Shown piece after piece: positions 35,572-45,867 of a DNA stretch of 64,000 bases; positions within the stretch are counted from its first letter, which is position 1, and every line of letters starts with the position of its first letter. The position numbers and the translations under genes are program-made. Origin of the DNA: an uncultured Gemmatimonadales bacterium (GTDB lineage Bacteria > Gemmatimonadota > Gemmatimonadetes > Palauibacterales > Palauibacteraceae); the NCBI GenBank assembly GCA_963783385.1, contig CAWANJ010000001.1:320001-384000 (forward strand), written 5' to 3'. Below the pieces are notes generated by a model. It worked only from the letters and a program-made list of their open reading frames with translations. It had not been told where the DNA came from and did not search any database.

Positions 35572-38343
35572 TCAGAAGGCCGTCCACCAGGTGATCTTGG
35601 CCAGGAAGGTGTCGGCGGGGGGACGGTCGAAGATGCGGCCGATGTCGGGCCCCAGGGCCAGGCTTCCCGTAGCGGCGGTGCCACTCCGGTCCTGGGTCCA
35701 CACCAGGTAGAGGGTCGAGCCCGGCCGGAACTGCCAGCGGAGGATCGCGTTGCCGCGCAGGGAGTGGAGGGTGAAGTTGGGGTCGTCGAACGAGAAGGGC
35801 CGAGCCGGCCCCGACCCGTCCGGGTCCACCGAGTACTCGCGCCCGCCCGAGGCCGACGTCGTGGTCGAGATCGTCCCCACGTCCCGACCGTACGCCAGGG
35901 TCCGGAGGCTACGGGGCGCCGCGTACTCCTTGAAGGAAGAGAACCGGTTGCCGGACACGAGCGGCTGCAGGTAGACCTCCAGCGACAGGTCGGGCGTGAA
36001 CGTGATGCTGGCCCGGGTCTCCATGGAGAACTGCTGCTGGAGCAGGTCCGCGAACACGTACCGCGTGCCGTAGAAAGCGCTCGCCGTGGGGTCCTGTACG
36101 GCCGTGACATACTGCACGGGGGACGTGGATCGCCGGTAGGCCGGGCCCGCCGACAGCGACACGTTGGAGGCCGGCTTGAAGCGCAGCGACAGGGAGGCGC
36201 TGTAGGAGGGGGGACCTACGGCCCGGTCGGTGAGGTTTCCCGACAGGCCCACCACCAGTGAATTCCGACTGTCGGTGTTGAGCTGGAGGCTGTAGTACGT
36301 GTAACCGGGGACCTTGACGACGGGCCCGCCCCGCGTGCGCCCGTCGTCGAAGGTCGACGGCGAGTGGATCACGAAGGCATTCGCGCCCCAGTAGTTCAGG
36401 GTCGTGAGCCCGACAAAGCCGTGCAGGTCGCGGTACGTGAGGTTGCCCTCAAAATCGTACTCCTGCTGACCCCCGGCGATGAAGCTCAACGTCCGGTACC
36501 AGGAGGTCGGCGTCGTCAGGTGGCGGAACAGGTTCGCGTTCATCCACCAGTAGTCCGCGCGGTTCATGAAGCCCAGGTCGTTGGACTCGAACCCGGGGCT
36601 GCGCACGTTGAGCCCCGTCTCCCACAGCCATTCGCCCGACTCCTTGGCGACCCGCACGTGGCCGGCCCAGCCCCGCAGCGAGGTGGCCGTGGGGTCGAAG
36701 GCGTCGGAGAACAGCCCGTTGCCGCCCCCCTTCCGGTCCGGGCGCTGGAAGTAGCGCGCGCTCGACTCCTGCTCGCGGCGGATGGCGGCGGTATCCCCCC
36801 ACAGGCCGCTCCCGGCGATCTGCGCCCGCACCCGGTACGTCTTCCCGCCCCACCAGTACTGCGCGTCCAGCCCCGCCGTCTCGGCGTGCCGGGGGAGGAG
36901 CGACTCGAGGCCCGGGTCGCTCATGCCGCGCAGCACCGACGTGAGGATGCCCCCGACCACGAGGTTGCCCCCGGCGAAGTCGCGCTTCGCCCGTCCCACG
37001 AAGTAGTTGGTCGGGGCCGCCACCGGCTGCTGGAAGCGCTCGCCCGACGAGGAGACCACGGTGGCCCGCTCGCGCGCCGTGACCGCGTCCAGGACGCCCA
37101 CCGACAGCCCACCGGACTGGCGGCCCGTCAGCTTGACCGCGCCGAGGATCGAGGTGTTCTCGGGAACGGAGGCGTACTGGCCCGCATCCTCCGCGAGGGA
37201 AGCGCCCCGGGGACTGCGCCCGATCCGCCGCGAGTGGAACAGGTCCAGGCTCGAGACGTTGCTGCAGAAAAAGCAGCTGAACCCCCCGAAGCTGAACAGG
37301 TCCGAGCCCTCCACGAAGAACGGACGCTTCTCCGGGTAGAAGGTCTCGAACGCGCTCAGGTTCACGACGGCCGGGTCCACCTCCACCTGGCCGAAGTCCG
37401 GGTTGACGGTGGCCGAGAGCGACAGGCTGGGGCCGAGCTGATAGTCGACGTCGGCCCCGAACCGGTAGTCGGCGGCGTGGGCGCGAGCCAGGGGATCTCC
37501 CGGGTCCGCGATCGGCCGGTTGGCCGAGCTGGCCACCGCGTAGGGGACCAGCTCGACCGGACGGTGGGTCGCGGGCGGACGCAGGGCGGCCAGGTGCCCG
37601 AACCTCGAAGGCCCGCCGACCTGGTCGATGGGCCAGAACGCCCACTCCGAGCGCTCCTTGAGCCGGGCGACGAAGCGCACCACCTGGAGCCCCCACGTCT
37701 CGACCGAGTCGGGCGGGAAGCGGAGCTGCGAGAACGGGATCCGGAGCTCGGCCGTCCAGCCCAGCGAGTCCACGGTCGTCGCGGCCCGCCACACGGGGTC
37801 CCAGGAGGCGTCCAGGTTGCTCCCGCCCAGTGCGAGCGCGTCGCCGCGCACGTCGGACGGATTGATGTCGAACTCGGTCTCGCCCAGGTGGTCGTGGAAG
37901 GTGTCGAAGAGGATCGAGAGCTCGTCGCTCTCCATGTCGGCGTCGCGGCGCACGAGGCGGGTGCGGACGCCGGCCGCGCCCAGCGAATCGTACATGCGGG
38001 CCCCTACGTAAAGGGCACGGTCGTCGTAGGCGAACCTGACCTCGGTCCGCTGCGTGGCCTTGACGCCGGGATCGGGCTGGGTCTGCCGGAAGCCCGTGGC
38101 GGCGGGCGCGGTTCGCCACACGGCCTCGTCCAGTCGCCCGTCCAGCTTCAGCGGCTGGCGGAGGCGCACGGCCCGAATCGAGGGCCGCGTCGCATCGTGG
38201 CGGTCGGAGCCCGCCGATTGGGCCCGGGCCGGTCCCGCGCCCGTCACGCCCAGCAGCAGCGCCAGGAGCCCGGCGGCGCCGCGCCACGGGCACCCTCTCG
38301 AGGCTCGAGGAGCGCCCGTGAGGCGAGAGAGAAGCGGCATCAT
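35572..38343 (-). CDS. DUF5916/CBM9-like outer-membrane protein
   Basis: Signal peptide, LDGRLDEAVW, WTAELRIPFSQLRF, TVNPDFGQVEVD, PEKRPFFVEG, LRWQFRPGSTLYLVW, terminal Phe. Confidence 0.85.
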   Translation of the reverse strand: MMPLLSRLTGAPRASRGCPWRGAAGLLALLLGVTGAGPARAQSAGSDRHDATRPSIRAVRLRQPLKLDGRLDEAVWRTAPAATGFRQTQPDPGVKATQRTEVRFAYDDRALYVGARMYDSLGAAGVRTRLVRRDADMESDELSILFDTFHDHLGETEFDINPSDVRGDALALGGSNLDASWDPVWRAATTVDSLGWTAELRIPFSQLRFPPDSVETWGLQVVRFVARLKERSEWAFWPIDQVGGPSRFGHLAALRPPATHRPVELVPYAVASSANRPIADPGDPLARAHAADYRFGADVDYQLGPSLSLSATVNPDFGQVEVDPAVVNLSAFETFYPEKRPFFVEGSDLFSFGGFSCFFCSNVSSLDLFHSRRIGRSPRGASLAEDAGQYASVPENTSILGAVKLTGRQSGGLSVGVLDAVTARERATVVSSSGERFQQPVAAPTNYFVGRAKRDFAGGNLVVGGILTSVLRGMSDPGLESLLPRHAETAGLDAQYWWGGKTYRVRAQIAGSGLWGDTAAIRREQESSARYFQRPDRKGGGNGLFSDAFDPTATSLRGWAGHVRVAKESGEWLWETGLNVRSPGFESNDLGFMNRADYWWMNANLFRHLTTPTSWYRTLSFIAGGQQEYDFEGNLTYRDLHGFVGLTTLNYWGANAFVIHSPSTFDDGRTRGGPVVKVPGYTYYSLQLNTDSRNSLVVGLSGNLTDRAVGPPSYSASLSLRFKPASNVSLSAGPAYRRSTSPVQYVTAVQDPTASAFYGTRYVFADLLQQQFSMETRASITFTPDLSLEVYLQPLVSGNRFSSFKEYAAPRSLRTLAYGRDVGTISTTTSASGGREYSVDPDGSGPARPFSFDDPNFTLHSLRGNAILRWQFRPGSTLYLVWTQDRSGTAATGSLALGPDIGRIFDRPPADTFLAKITWWTAF

Positions 38344-38391
38344 CCAGCTCCGTGGGTGAGGTCCAGGTCCGGGTTCCTGCATATGGCCCTT

Positions 38392-38418
38392 GGACGACGT
38401 CTACGAGGCGAAGGTTGC
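38392..38418 (-). promoter_or_regulatory. Putative ECF sigma promoter for the DUF5916 gene
   Basis: Minus strand GCAACC-N16-CGTCC. Confidence 0.5.
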
Positions 38419-38570
38419 AAAGGCTGAGGCCCCGGAGCGTGCGCGTGAGACGAAGGGACGAGGGAACGGCATGAATGGGGTGAGGGAAGGGTCGGGCGCG
38501 GGGGCGGACTGGAGGCGGTTGGGGGTGGCGAGGGCGGGGCGCCGTCCGGCGCCCCGCCCTCGCCAGGACC

Positions 38571-39416
38571 TCAGGGTCGATGCAGGTCGACGCCTCCGTT
38601 GGTGGTCTCGGCCCGGATGGTGGGTCCTCCTCCACCCAGGTCGACGGCCAGTCGACGGCCAATGCGGCCCTGCACCGTGATCGGGAAGCCCACGTCGACG
38701 CCCCCGTTCACGGTCGAGGTGACGAGGTGCGCAGCGTAGCCGTCCGGGATGGCGAGGTCGACGCCTCCGTTCGTCGTGCGGACGGCGAGACCGACCCCGT
38801 CCCACGTTCGGCCGGCGAGCACGATGTCGAGCCCACCGTTGGTGGTCGAGCCGCTCACGTCCCCGGCCAGGTTCACCAGGTCGACCCCGCCGTTCAGAGT
38901 GCGGAAGCGCGTCTTGCCCTTCAGGCCCTCAATGGAGATGCCGCCGTTCTGGGCGTGCAGGGACACATCGGTGGTCGCCGGCGCCTCGATGCGGTAGCTC
39001 ACCGACCACCAGCTGTCCCGGTGCGTGTCGGGACCCTGGGCCCGGATCCGGCCGCCGTCCGTGTCGATCGTCACGCGACCGGCCAGAGCCCTGGCCTCTT
39101 CGGCCGACCCGGCGCGCGCCTGGACGCGGGCCTGCATCCGCACGTCCGCGCGGTCGGCCGCCCGCACGCGGATGCCGCCGTTGGGCTGAGCATCCACGTC
39201 GAGGCCGCTCGAGGGCGCCTTCAGGGTGAGCTCACGCACCTCGCAATAGCGGCGGGCGTCGTCGCGGTTGCCGCGCGTCTGGGCGCACCAGTCCGAGCCG
39301 TCCTGGGCCCGAGCGGGGCTCACGACGACCGCGGCGGCGGCCAGGGCCAGCAGGATCCTGTCCAGGGGTCCACCGCGTCGCCTGCGGGGATCGGGCATCG
39401 TACGCTTGCTGCTCAT
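38571..39416 (-). CDS. DUF4097 beta-strand repeat protein (secreted)
   Basis: GAGGAGG RBS; signal peptide; repeated T-x-NGG-[VIL] units. Confidence 0.85.
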   Translation of the reverse strand: MSSKRTMPDPRRRRGGPLDRILLALAAAAVVVSPARAQDGSDWCAQTRGNRDDARRYCEVRELTLKAPSSGLDVDAQPNGGIRVRAADRADVRMQARVQARAGSAEEARALAGRVTIDTDGGRIRAQGPDTHRDSWWSVSYRIEAPATTDVSLHAQNGGISIEGLKGKTRFRTLNGGVDLVNLAGDVSGSTTNGGLDIVLAGRTWDGVGLAVRTTNGGVDLAIPDGYAAHLVTSTVNGGVDVGFPITVQGRIGRRLAVDLGGGGPTIRAETTNGGVDLHRP

Positions 39417-39479
39417 CGTCTTCCTCCTCAACAGTGGATGCGCTTCGTCACACGCGGAGATCGCGGGCGCCGGGTCGCC

Positions 39480-40358
39480 TCAGGAGCCCTCAATGTGCAC
39501 GTCGCCGGTCACGGCCTGCACCGACACGTGCACCGACCCGTTCCCGACCGACAGCCGGTAGTGCCGCCCTCCGCCGAAGTGCTGGCTCCCGAGCAGCTGG
39601 GCCTGGCGATCCGTGACCAGCTCGCCGCTCACGGTCGTGATCTCGTACGAGGCGCCCACACCATCCGGGAGCGCGAGCGTGACCTCTCCGGTCGCCGTCT
39701 GGAAGCTCAGGGTCGCCGAGGAGGTGGGCTGTGCGCGAAAGGTGATGTCGCCCGATGCGCTCGTGAACGTCCCGTCCGAGATCCCGCGGCCGCCGACCTC
39801 GATGTCCCCGTTCGCCGTCGAGATGTCGATGCTCCCCGTGGCCGACGGGACCGTCACGTCCCCGGACACGGTGTTCAGCTTGAGCCGGGCCGGAGAGCCG
39901 TTCACGGTAACGTTGCCGGAGACGCCCGCCACTCGGAGACTCTGCGGATCTCCCTGGACGTGCACGTCTCCATCCATGGACTCGATCGTCACGCGCCCGG
40001 TAAGACCCCGGACGGTCACGTCGCCGTCGCGGGTGTGGACCTCCACCTGCACGGCGCTCGGCAACGAGACCTCGATCGCGTCGTTCGCCCCGTCGTCCCT
40101 CACGCTCAGCCTCCGGCCCGAGCCTTCCAGCCGAATCCGCCGGAGCGTCTCGGGCCGGGCCCGGACCACGAGCGTACGGCCGCTCGAACCGACCACGGTC
40201 ACGTCCGCCTCGCGCGCGGAGATCGAGACCACGCCGTCGGGCGCTACGGAGCGGGCCAAGGAGTCCGGCGACTGCGCCGCAGTCGGGTGCGGTGCCAGCG
40301 CCAACGCCCACGCCACGAGGATCAGCGGGGCCCACCAGCTTCTATCGAGACGGTCCAT
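39480..40358 (-). CDS. DUF4097 beta-strand repeat protein (secreted)
   Basis: Signal peptide; repeated T-x-[SDN]G-D-[VI] units. Confidence 0.85.
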   Translation of the reverse strand: MDRLDRSWWAPLILVAWALALAPHPTAAQSPDSLARSVAPDGVVSISAREADVTVVGSSGRTLVVRARPETLRRIRLEGSGRRLSVRDDGANDAIEVSLPSAVQVEVHTRDGDVTVRGLTGRVTIESMDGDVHVQGDPQSLRVAGVSGNVTVNGSPARLKLNTVSGDVTVPSATGSIDISTANGDIEVGGRGISDGTFTSASGDITFRAQPTSSATLSFQTATGEVTLALPDGVGASYEITTVSGELVTDRQAQLLGSQHFGGGRHYRLSVGNGSVHVSVQAVTGDVHIEGS

Positions 40359-40376
40359 TGCGGGACTCTCCCTGTC

Positions 40377-41054
40377 TCAGGTTCCGAGCTGGAGCGTCTG
40401 CTCCAGCAGTCCGATCTTCTTCCGGTACATCGAGGTCAGGAGTTGTGTGGCCGGCTGACTCGAGGGGTCCGCGGCCAGCGCCGCCGAGGTCGTGGCGATG
40501 GCCCGGTCGATGACTTCGAGGTTGGCCTCGACGGCCTGGACGGTCGCTGGAGACAGCTCCGCTCGCCGCGCCTCGAGCTCGGCCCGCAGCCTGGCCACGG
40601 TGGGCTGGTACTGGGAAGCGACGAAACGGGCCGGCGCCGTGGCCGCCACTCCGGGGCTCCCCGCAGCCGCCGCCACGCTGGTCGGTGCGGCCGGCGACGC
40701 GCTGCTACGGTCTTCACGCCCCACGATCACCGCGGTGACGACCGAGGAGAGGGCCACGAGCACCGTGGCCGCCGCGGCCAGCTGCCAGCGGGCCGAGCGC
40801 AGGGTGCGCGCGGAGGACCGGGCCGGCACACGATCCACGGTCCGGCCGGCGACGCCTTCCCACAGGGTCGCGGGCGGCTCGACGGCGGGGGGCAGCCCGG
40901 CCGCCGCCTCGAGCAGGCGCCGGGTCGAATCCACCCACGCCCGACACGAAACGCACGCCTGCAGGTGCCGCTCGACGTCCGGAACCGCCGCCGGCTCCAG
41001 GAGCCCGTCCACGTAGTCGTTCAGCCGGACCTCATCCGGATGCGGCGCGCTCAT
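40377..41054 (-). CDS. Membrane-anchored zinc-finger (zf-HC2) anti-sigma factor
   Basis: LNDYVDGLL, HLQACVSC (HxxxCxxC), one TM segment; ATGA-coupled to the sigma factor. Confidence 0.88.
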   Translation of the reverse strand: MSAPHPDEVRLNDYVDGLLEPAAVPDVERHLQACVSCRAWVDSTRRLLEAAAGLPPAVEPPATLWEGVAGRTVDRVPARSSARTLRSARWQLAAAATVLVALSSVVTAVIVGREDRSSASPAAPTSVAAAAGSPGVAATAPARFVASQYQPTVARLRAELEARRAELSPATVQAVEANLEVIDRAIATTSAALAADPSSQPATQLLTSMYRKKIGLLEQTLQLGT

Positions 41055-41641
41055 GGTCTCAGCTCCTCGCGCAGCAGCTTCCGGGCACGGTGGAGCTGCG
41101 ACTTCACGGTTCCGACGGTCGTTCCCATCATCTCCGCGATCTCCTCCTGCGGATACCCTTCCACGTCATAGAGCACGAACACCATCCGGGCCCGGTCCGG
41201 CAACGTCCCGATCGCCCGGTCCAGTGCGATCCTGAGGACGGGCGACGACGCGTCCACGCCGCCGTCCAGGAGCTCGAGCGTCTCGGGCTCCTCGGTCCGG
41301 GTCGGGCGGCGCGAGCGGGACCGGAACGCGTTGTAGACCACGTTCACGGTGAGCCTGTGCATCCAGGTCGCGAACCTCGATTCGCCCCGGAACGTGTCGA
41401 GCTTCTCCCACGCCCTCACGAACGCCTCCTGGGCCAGCTCCTCCGCCAGGGCAGGCTCGCCCGCCAATCGGAGGCACAGCGCGTAGACTCGGCCGGCGTT
41501 CTCGTTGTAGAGGCGCTCGAAGCGGGCCCGGCGCTCCGCCGCCGTGTCCGGTGCCGCCGGGACTCCCGGGCCGGCCGCGGGCGGCCCCGGCCGAGGCCGA
41601 TCGCCCGAACCCCTCACCGTGCGAACCGCCTCATGCCCCAC
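41051..41641 (-). CDS. ECF RNA polymerase sigma factor
   Basis: AEELAQEAFVRAW, FATWMHRL, EEIAEMMG, GTVKSQLHRAR. Confidence 0.95.
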   Translation of the reverse strand: MGHEAVRTVRGSGDRPRPGPPAAGPGVPAAPDTAAERRARFERLYNENAGRVYALCLRLAGEPALAEELAQEAFVRAWEKLDTFRGESRFATWMHRLTVNVVYNAFRSRSRRPTRTEEPETLELLDGGVDASSPVLRIALDRAIGTLPDRARMVFVLYDVEGYPQEEIAEMMGTTVGTVKSQLHRARKLLREELRP

Positions 41642-41750
41642 CAGCGCGCTCCTCGGCGACCGGACGGGAGCGCCAGCTCCCGTCCGCCGCTGCGGGCGCG
41701 GGGGCCCGAGCCGACACGGATCGCAGGGTGATCGTCATCGTTCGAGTATG

Positions 41751-41777
41751 GGACACGGTTCGGGTCCGGCAGGTTGG
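41751..41777 (-). promoter_or_regulatory. Putative autoregulatory ECF promoter
   Basis: Minus strand CCAACC-N16-TGTCC, same geometry as the motif at 38392-38418. Confidence 0.5.
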
Positions 41778-41880
41778 AACGGGCGCGGGGCGCTTGCGGA
41801 GCCCTCCCTCGGCGGCCGAACATGGGCCGACACCCGCGGGCGCGCCGCGGCCACACCCGCCCTCGCACAGGAGCCGCCCC

Positions 41881-43605
41881 ATGGGGGACCGACACAGAGA
41901 CACAGACCGCGACGGGCCCTCCGGCCTCAGCCGCCGGTCGTTCGTGCGCAGCGCCGCGATCGGCGGCCTGGCGGTGGCCGCCGGGCCCGGCAGCCTGGCC
42001 TGCGCCCCCGACGCCGACGACGCCCGGTCGCCCGGCGGGGACCCGCCCGGCGACTCCCCGTTCGTCGTGCCCGACTTCGAATACGAGGAGGCGACGATCG
42101 CCGACCTCCAGAAGCGCATGGAGGAGGGTAGTCTCACCGCCCGGCGGCTCACCGAGGCTTACCTGGCCCGCATCGAGGCGCTGGACGGCAAGGGACCGCA
42201 GCTCTCCCAGGTGCTCCAGACGAACCCCGAGGCCCTGGACATGGCCGACCGACTGGACCGGGAGCGCAAGGCCGGCCATCGGCGTGGACCCATGCACGGG
42301 ATCCCGGTGCTCCTCAAGGACAACATCGCCACGGCGGACGAGATGGAGAGCGCCGCCGGCTCGCTGGCGCTGGTGGGCTCGAAGCCGCCGCGCGACGCCT
42401 TCGTGGCCCGGCGGCTCCGGGAGGCCGGGGCGATCCTGCTCGGGAAGACCAACCTGAGCGAGTGGGCGAACTTCCGTTCCTCGCACTCGTCCAGCGGCTG
42501 GAGCGGGCGCGGCGGCCAGGGCCGGAATCCCTACGCCCTCGACCGCACGCCGTGCGGGTCCAGCTCGGGCTCCGGCGCGGCGGCGTCGGCCAACCTGTGC
42601 GCGGTGGCCGTCGGCACGGAGACCGACGGATCGGTGACCTGTCCCTCCAACGCGAACTCGCTGGTGGGGATCAAGCCCACCCTCGGCCTCGTGAGCCGCT
42701 CGGGCATCGTGCCCATCGCCCACAGCCAGGACACCGCGGGCCCCATGGCCCGCAGCGTGAGGGATGCGGCCATCCTGCTCGGCGCGATGGCCGGCGTGGA
42801 CGCCCGCGATCCGGCCACGGCGGTCGCGAAGGGCCACGTCGAGGCCGACTACACCGGCGTCCTGGACGCGAACGGCCTGAAGGGGGCCAGGATCGGCGTC
42901 GTCCGGGACCACTACTTCGGCTACAGCCCCAAGGCCGACGCCATCGCCGAGGAGGCGCTTCAGGCGCTGCGCGACGCCGGCGCGGTCCTCGTCGATCCGG
43001 CGAACATCCCGACGGCGGGCCAGTGGGGGGACTCGGAGTTCGAGGTGCTGCTCTACGAGTTCAAGGCCGACCTGAACGCCTACCTGACCGATCTGGGAGC
43101 CGGCGCACGCGTGCACACGCTGGCCGACGTGATCGCGTTCAACAGGGCCCACGCCGAGCAGGAGATGCCCTATTTCGGCCAGGACATCATGGACCAGGCG
43201 GAGGCCAAGGGCCCGCTCACCGAGGCCGCCTACAGGAAGGCCCTGGAGAAGAACCACCGCCTCACCCGGGCGGGAGGAATCGACAAGGTCATGGACGAGC
43301 ACCGGCTGGATGCCCTGGTGGCACCCACGTCGGGGCCGCCCTGGGTCATCGACCTGGTGAACGGGGATGCGGGGGGCGGGAGCTTCACGTCGCCCGCCGC
43401 CGTGGCCGGCTATCCCCACATTACCGTGCCGGCCGGCTACACCTTCGGCTTGCCCGTTGGCTTCTCGTTCGTGGGCCGCGCCTGGAGCGAGCCGACCCTG
43501 CTGAGGCTCGCCTACGCCTTCGAGCAGGCCACCAAGGTACGGCGTGCCCCGACGTTTCGCCGCAGCGCGGACCTGGCGGCCGTGTCGTCCGGCGGCGCGG
43601 GCTGA
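41881..43605 (+). CDS. Amidase-signature family enzyme with Tat signal, possible lipoprotein
   Basis: SRRSFV twin-arginine motif, SLAC; KDNI, GKTNLSEWAN, GSSSGSG, GTETDGSV. Confidence 0.93.
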   Translation: MGDRHRDTDRDGPSGLSRRSFVRSAAIGGLAVAAGPGSLACAPDADDARSPGGDPPGDSPFVVPDFEYEEATIADLQKRMEEGSLTARRLTEAYLARIEALDGKGPQLSQVLQTNPEALDMADRLDRERKAGHRRGPMHGIPVLLKDNIATADEMESAAGSLALVGSKPPRDAFVARRLREAGAILLGKTNLSEWANFRSSHSSSGWSGRGGQGRNPYALDRTPCGSSSGSGAAASANLCAVAVGTETDGSVTCPSNANSLVGIKPTLGLVSRSGIVPIAHSQDTAGPMARSVRDAAILLGAMAGVDARDPATAVAKGHVEADYTGVLDANGLKGARIGVVRDHYFGYSPKADAIAEEALQALRDAGAVLVDPANIPTAGQWGDSEFEVLLYEFKADLNAYLTDLGAGARVHTLADVIAFNRAHAEQEMPYFGQDIMDQAEAKGPLTEAAYRKALEKNHRLTRAGGIDKVMDEHRLDALVAPTSGPPWVIDLVNGDAGGGSFTSPAAVAGYPHITVPAGYTFGLPVGFSFVGRAWSEPTLLRLAYAFEQATKVRRAPTFRRSADLAAVSSGGAG

Positions 43606-43626
43606 GCCCCGGGAGCCGATGAGCGA

Positions 43627-43650
43627 AGGGGGCGGCCGTGGCCGCCCCCT
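43627..43650. terminator. Hairpin between convergent genes
   Basis: AGGGGGCGGCC-GT-GGCCGCCCCCT perfect inverted repeat. Confidence 0.6.
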
Positions 43651-43676
43651 CCCGGACGTCCGATCGACGGACGGCC

Positions 43677-44597
43677 TCAGCCGCCGGTCGAGTCCTTCTC
43701 CGTGCCCTGCCCGTCTTCGTGGCCGTCCTGGTCGCGGTCCTCGAAACCGCGGAGCGAGCGCCGGATGTTCTGGGCCACCTGCTCGGCGTTCGGCCCGCCG
43801 GCCGCCGCCGTGGCGGGATCGATCAGCCGCCCGTCGGCGTCCACGAACCACGTCCGAACGTCGAAGGTGAGCGTCAGGTTGGTGGGCGTACCGCCGTCGG
43901 TGACCTCGAGCGGTGGCTGCAATGCCACGCGCTCGTGCAGCTCCAGTCGACGTTCCAGCGTGAAATCCTGGCCGTTCCACGTGCCATCCACCCGAACGCT
44001 CACGCTGTCCAGGCCGGGGTGCTCCGACAGGAAGGCGTCGTCGGCCGAGTCCGAGGCGACGGGCGCGTGAATGTCGAAGTCGGCCTTTTCGTAGGTCCCG
44101 ACCGGGAGCTCGAGGCTGGCCACGTGATCCAGCGCCCCGTCGAGCGGGAGGGTGACGAGCATGGGGCCAGGCGCCTGCACCTCGCAGTCTTCGTGCTCCG
44201 ACTCGAGGTCGGCGGATCCAGCGGACCCCTCGGAACCGGAGATCGAGCCGTCTCCCGCCGTCGAATCGGAGCTCGACGTGGAGTCCGCGCTCGAGGCCGA
44301 GTCGGCGCGACTGGCGCTGTCGCCCGCGCAGGAGCCGTCCACGAGCTCGAGCTCGACCTTCTTGACCACCAGCGCGACGTCGCTGAGGACGAGCGTGCTG
44401 TCCCCGGCCGTCTGTGTCACGTCGAACGATGCCGAGCGCGATGGCGAGGCGGAGGGCGTGGAGGCCGGCACCGCCACCGACAGCGACACCGGCTGGCGGC
44501 CTCCGGGTCCCGACGTATTGTTGCAGGCCGCGACCGTGACCCCGGCCGCGAAGAGTGCGGCGGTCCCCGACGCGACCTTCCAACGATGGATCCGCAT
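43677..44597 (-). CDS. Lipoprotein of unknown function with acidic Ser-rich insert
   Basis: AAGGGGAG RBS; lipobox VAAC; beta-rich body; FEDRDQDGHED tail resembling a Ca-binding DxDxDG loop. Confidence 0.75.
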   Translation of the reverse strand: MRIHRWKVASGTAALFAAGVTVAACNNTSGPGGRQPVSLSVAVPASTPSASPSRSASFDVTQTAGDSTLVLSDVALVVKKVELELVDGSCAGDSASRADSASSADSTSSSDSTAGDGSISGSEGSAGSADLESEHEDCEVQAPGPMLVTLPLDGALDHVASLELPVGTYEKADFDIHAPVASDSADDAFLSEHPGLDSVSVRVDGTWNGQDFTLERRLELHERVALQPPLEVTDGGTPTNLTLTFDVRTWFVDADGRLIDPATAAAGGPNAEQVAQNIRRSLRGFEDRDQDGHEDGQGTEKDSTGG

Positions 44598-44951
44598 GGC
44601 ATGCTCCCCTTCCGTGTGACAGGACACCAATGGGGAACGGATGCACGAAGGGGCCAAAGGCCTCACTGGCCCCGGCCCCTTCGCGACGGTGAACCCGACC
44701 CGTCGGTCGAGAGTGCCCGTTCCCCTGGACGGACCGCAGGAGAAGCAGCCTCCGTGCCGGACCACCCGCCGGGTACGGCGCGCGTGCGGTGGCCGCCGAT
44801 CCATCAGGCGAGGCGGGGATTGCGAGCGGTCCGCCGCCGGCGAGGGAGGGGGACGGAGCGCGCGCCGCCCGCGCCCGGGTGTGAAAAGAATGCACACCCC
44901 TTCAACGAATGCGCGAGCCGGGCCTGGAGGCGAGCGCACGGGACCGCTCGA

Positions 44952-44979
44952 TTGACACGGACCCGTCGGATGCTAGGAT
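44952..44979 (+). promoter_or_regulatory. Putative sigma-70 promoter for the 45048 gene run
   Basis: TTGACA-N16-TAGGAT with extended -10 TG. Confidence 0.65.
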
Positions 44980-45047
44980 GGCAGGCCCACGCCGCCGGCC
45001 CTGAGTCGCGAGCCGCCGGCGCGCACCCTCGACCCCCGGGAGGCCCC

Positions 45048-45848
45048 ATGCAGACCCCGTCCCGAGCCCTGTGGGCGACCGCCATCCTGGCCCTGGCGGC
45101 GTCCGCCGCCGGCTGCGGCCGGCAGGATCGATCGGCCGCCGGCCGTACCTTCACCTCCGGCCGAGAGCTCCTGCAGGCCATGCACGACCTCTACCAGGAC
45201 CACTGGCCACGCAACGTCACCTTCGTCCAGCAGACGGTCCGCTACCCGGGCGAGGGGAAGGCGGATACCACGACCTGGTACGAGGCGCTGACGGCCGGGA
45301 AGCTCCGCATCGACATGGAGCCCCTCGAACAGGGGAACGGCGCCCTGTACGTGGACGGGATGCGCTACAGCTACCAGAACGGCCGGCTGGCCGACTCGGC
45401 CGCGGACACCAACCCGCTCGCCGTGCTCCTGGCGGACGTCTACCTGCAACCCGTCGCGCGGAGCGCCAGGGTCCTGGACAGCCTGGGCGTGGACCTCGGC
45501 CCGATCCGCCGGGGCGAGTGGAACGGCGCTCCGGTATGGATCGTGGGGGCTCCCCCCGGAGACTCCACCTCGCCGCAGTTCTGGGTGGACGCGGATCGGC
45601 TCCTCACGGTACGGGACATCCAGCCCCTCGGGCCGCGGCTCCTGGACGCCCGTATCGACGGCTGGAAACGGCTCGCCGACGGCTGGGTGGAGACGCACCT
45701 GGACCTCTACCTGGACGGCAAGCTGTTCCAGACCGAGGACTACTCGAACATCCGATCGCCCGACCGGCTGGATCCCACCCTGTTCGATCCGGCGCACTGG
45801 AAGCCGATCACCGACGACCGCTACTGGGAAGGGGAAGGCGCGTCCTGA
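45048..45848 (+). CDS. Lipoprotein of unknown function (possible LolA-like fold)
   Basis: GGAGG RBS; lipobox AAGC; TFVQQT, TTWYEA, GKLRID, QFWVDADRLL, LDPTLFDP. Confidence 0.75.
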   Translation: MQTPSRALWATAILALAASAAGCGRQDRSAAGRTFTSGRELLQAMHDLYQDHWPRNVTFVQQTVRYPGEGKADTTTWYEALTAGKLRIDMEPLEQGNGALYVDGMRYSYQNGRLADSAADTNPLAVLLADVYLQPVARSARVLDSLGVDLGPIRRGEWNGAPVWIVGAPPGDSTSPQFWVDADRLLTVRDIQPLGPRLLDARIDGWKRLADGWVETHLDLYLDGKLFQTEDYSNIRSPDRLDPTLFDPAHWKPITDDRYWEGEGAS

Positions 45849-45867
45849 GGCGCCCTTGCCGCGCGAG

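Noticed and set aside
44641-44658. Sigma-54-like TTGGCCCCTTCGTGCAT upstream of the 44597 lipoprotein
   Set aside because: GG to GC spacing is 9 nt rather than the required 10.
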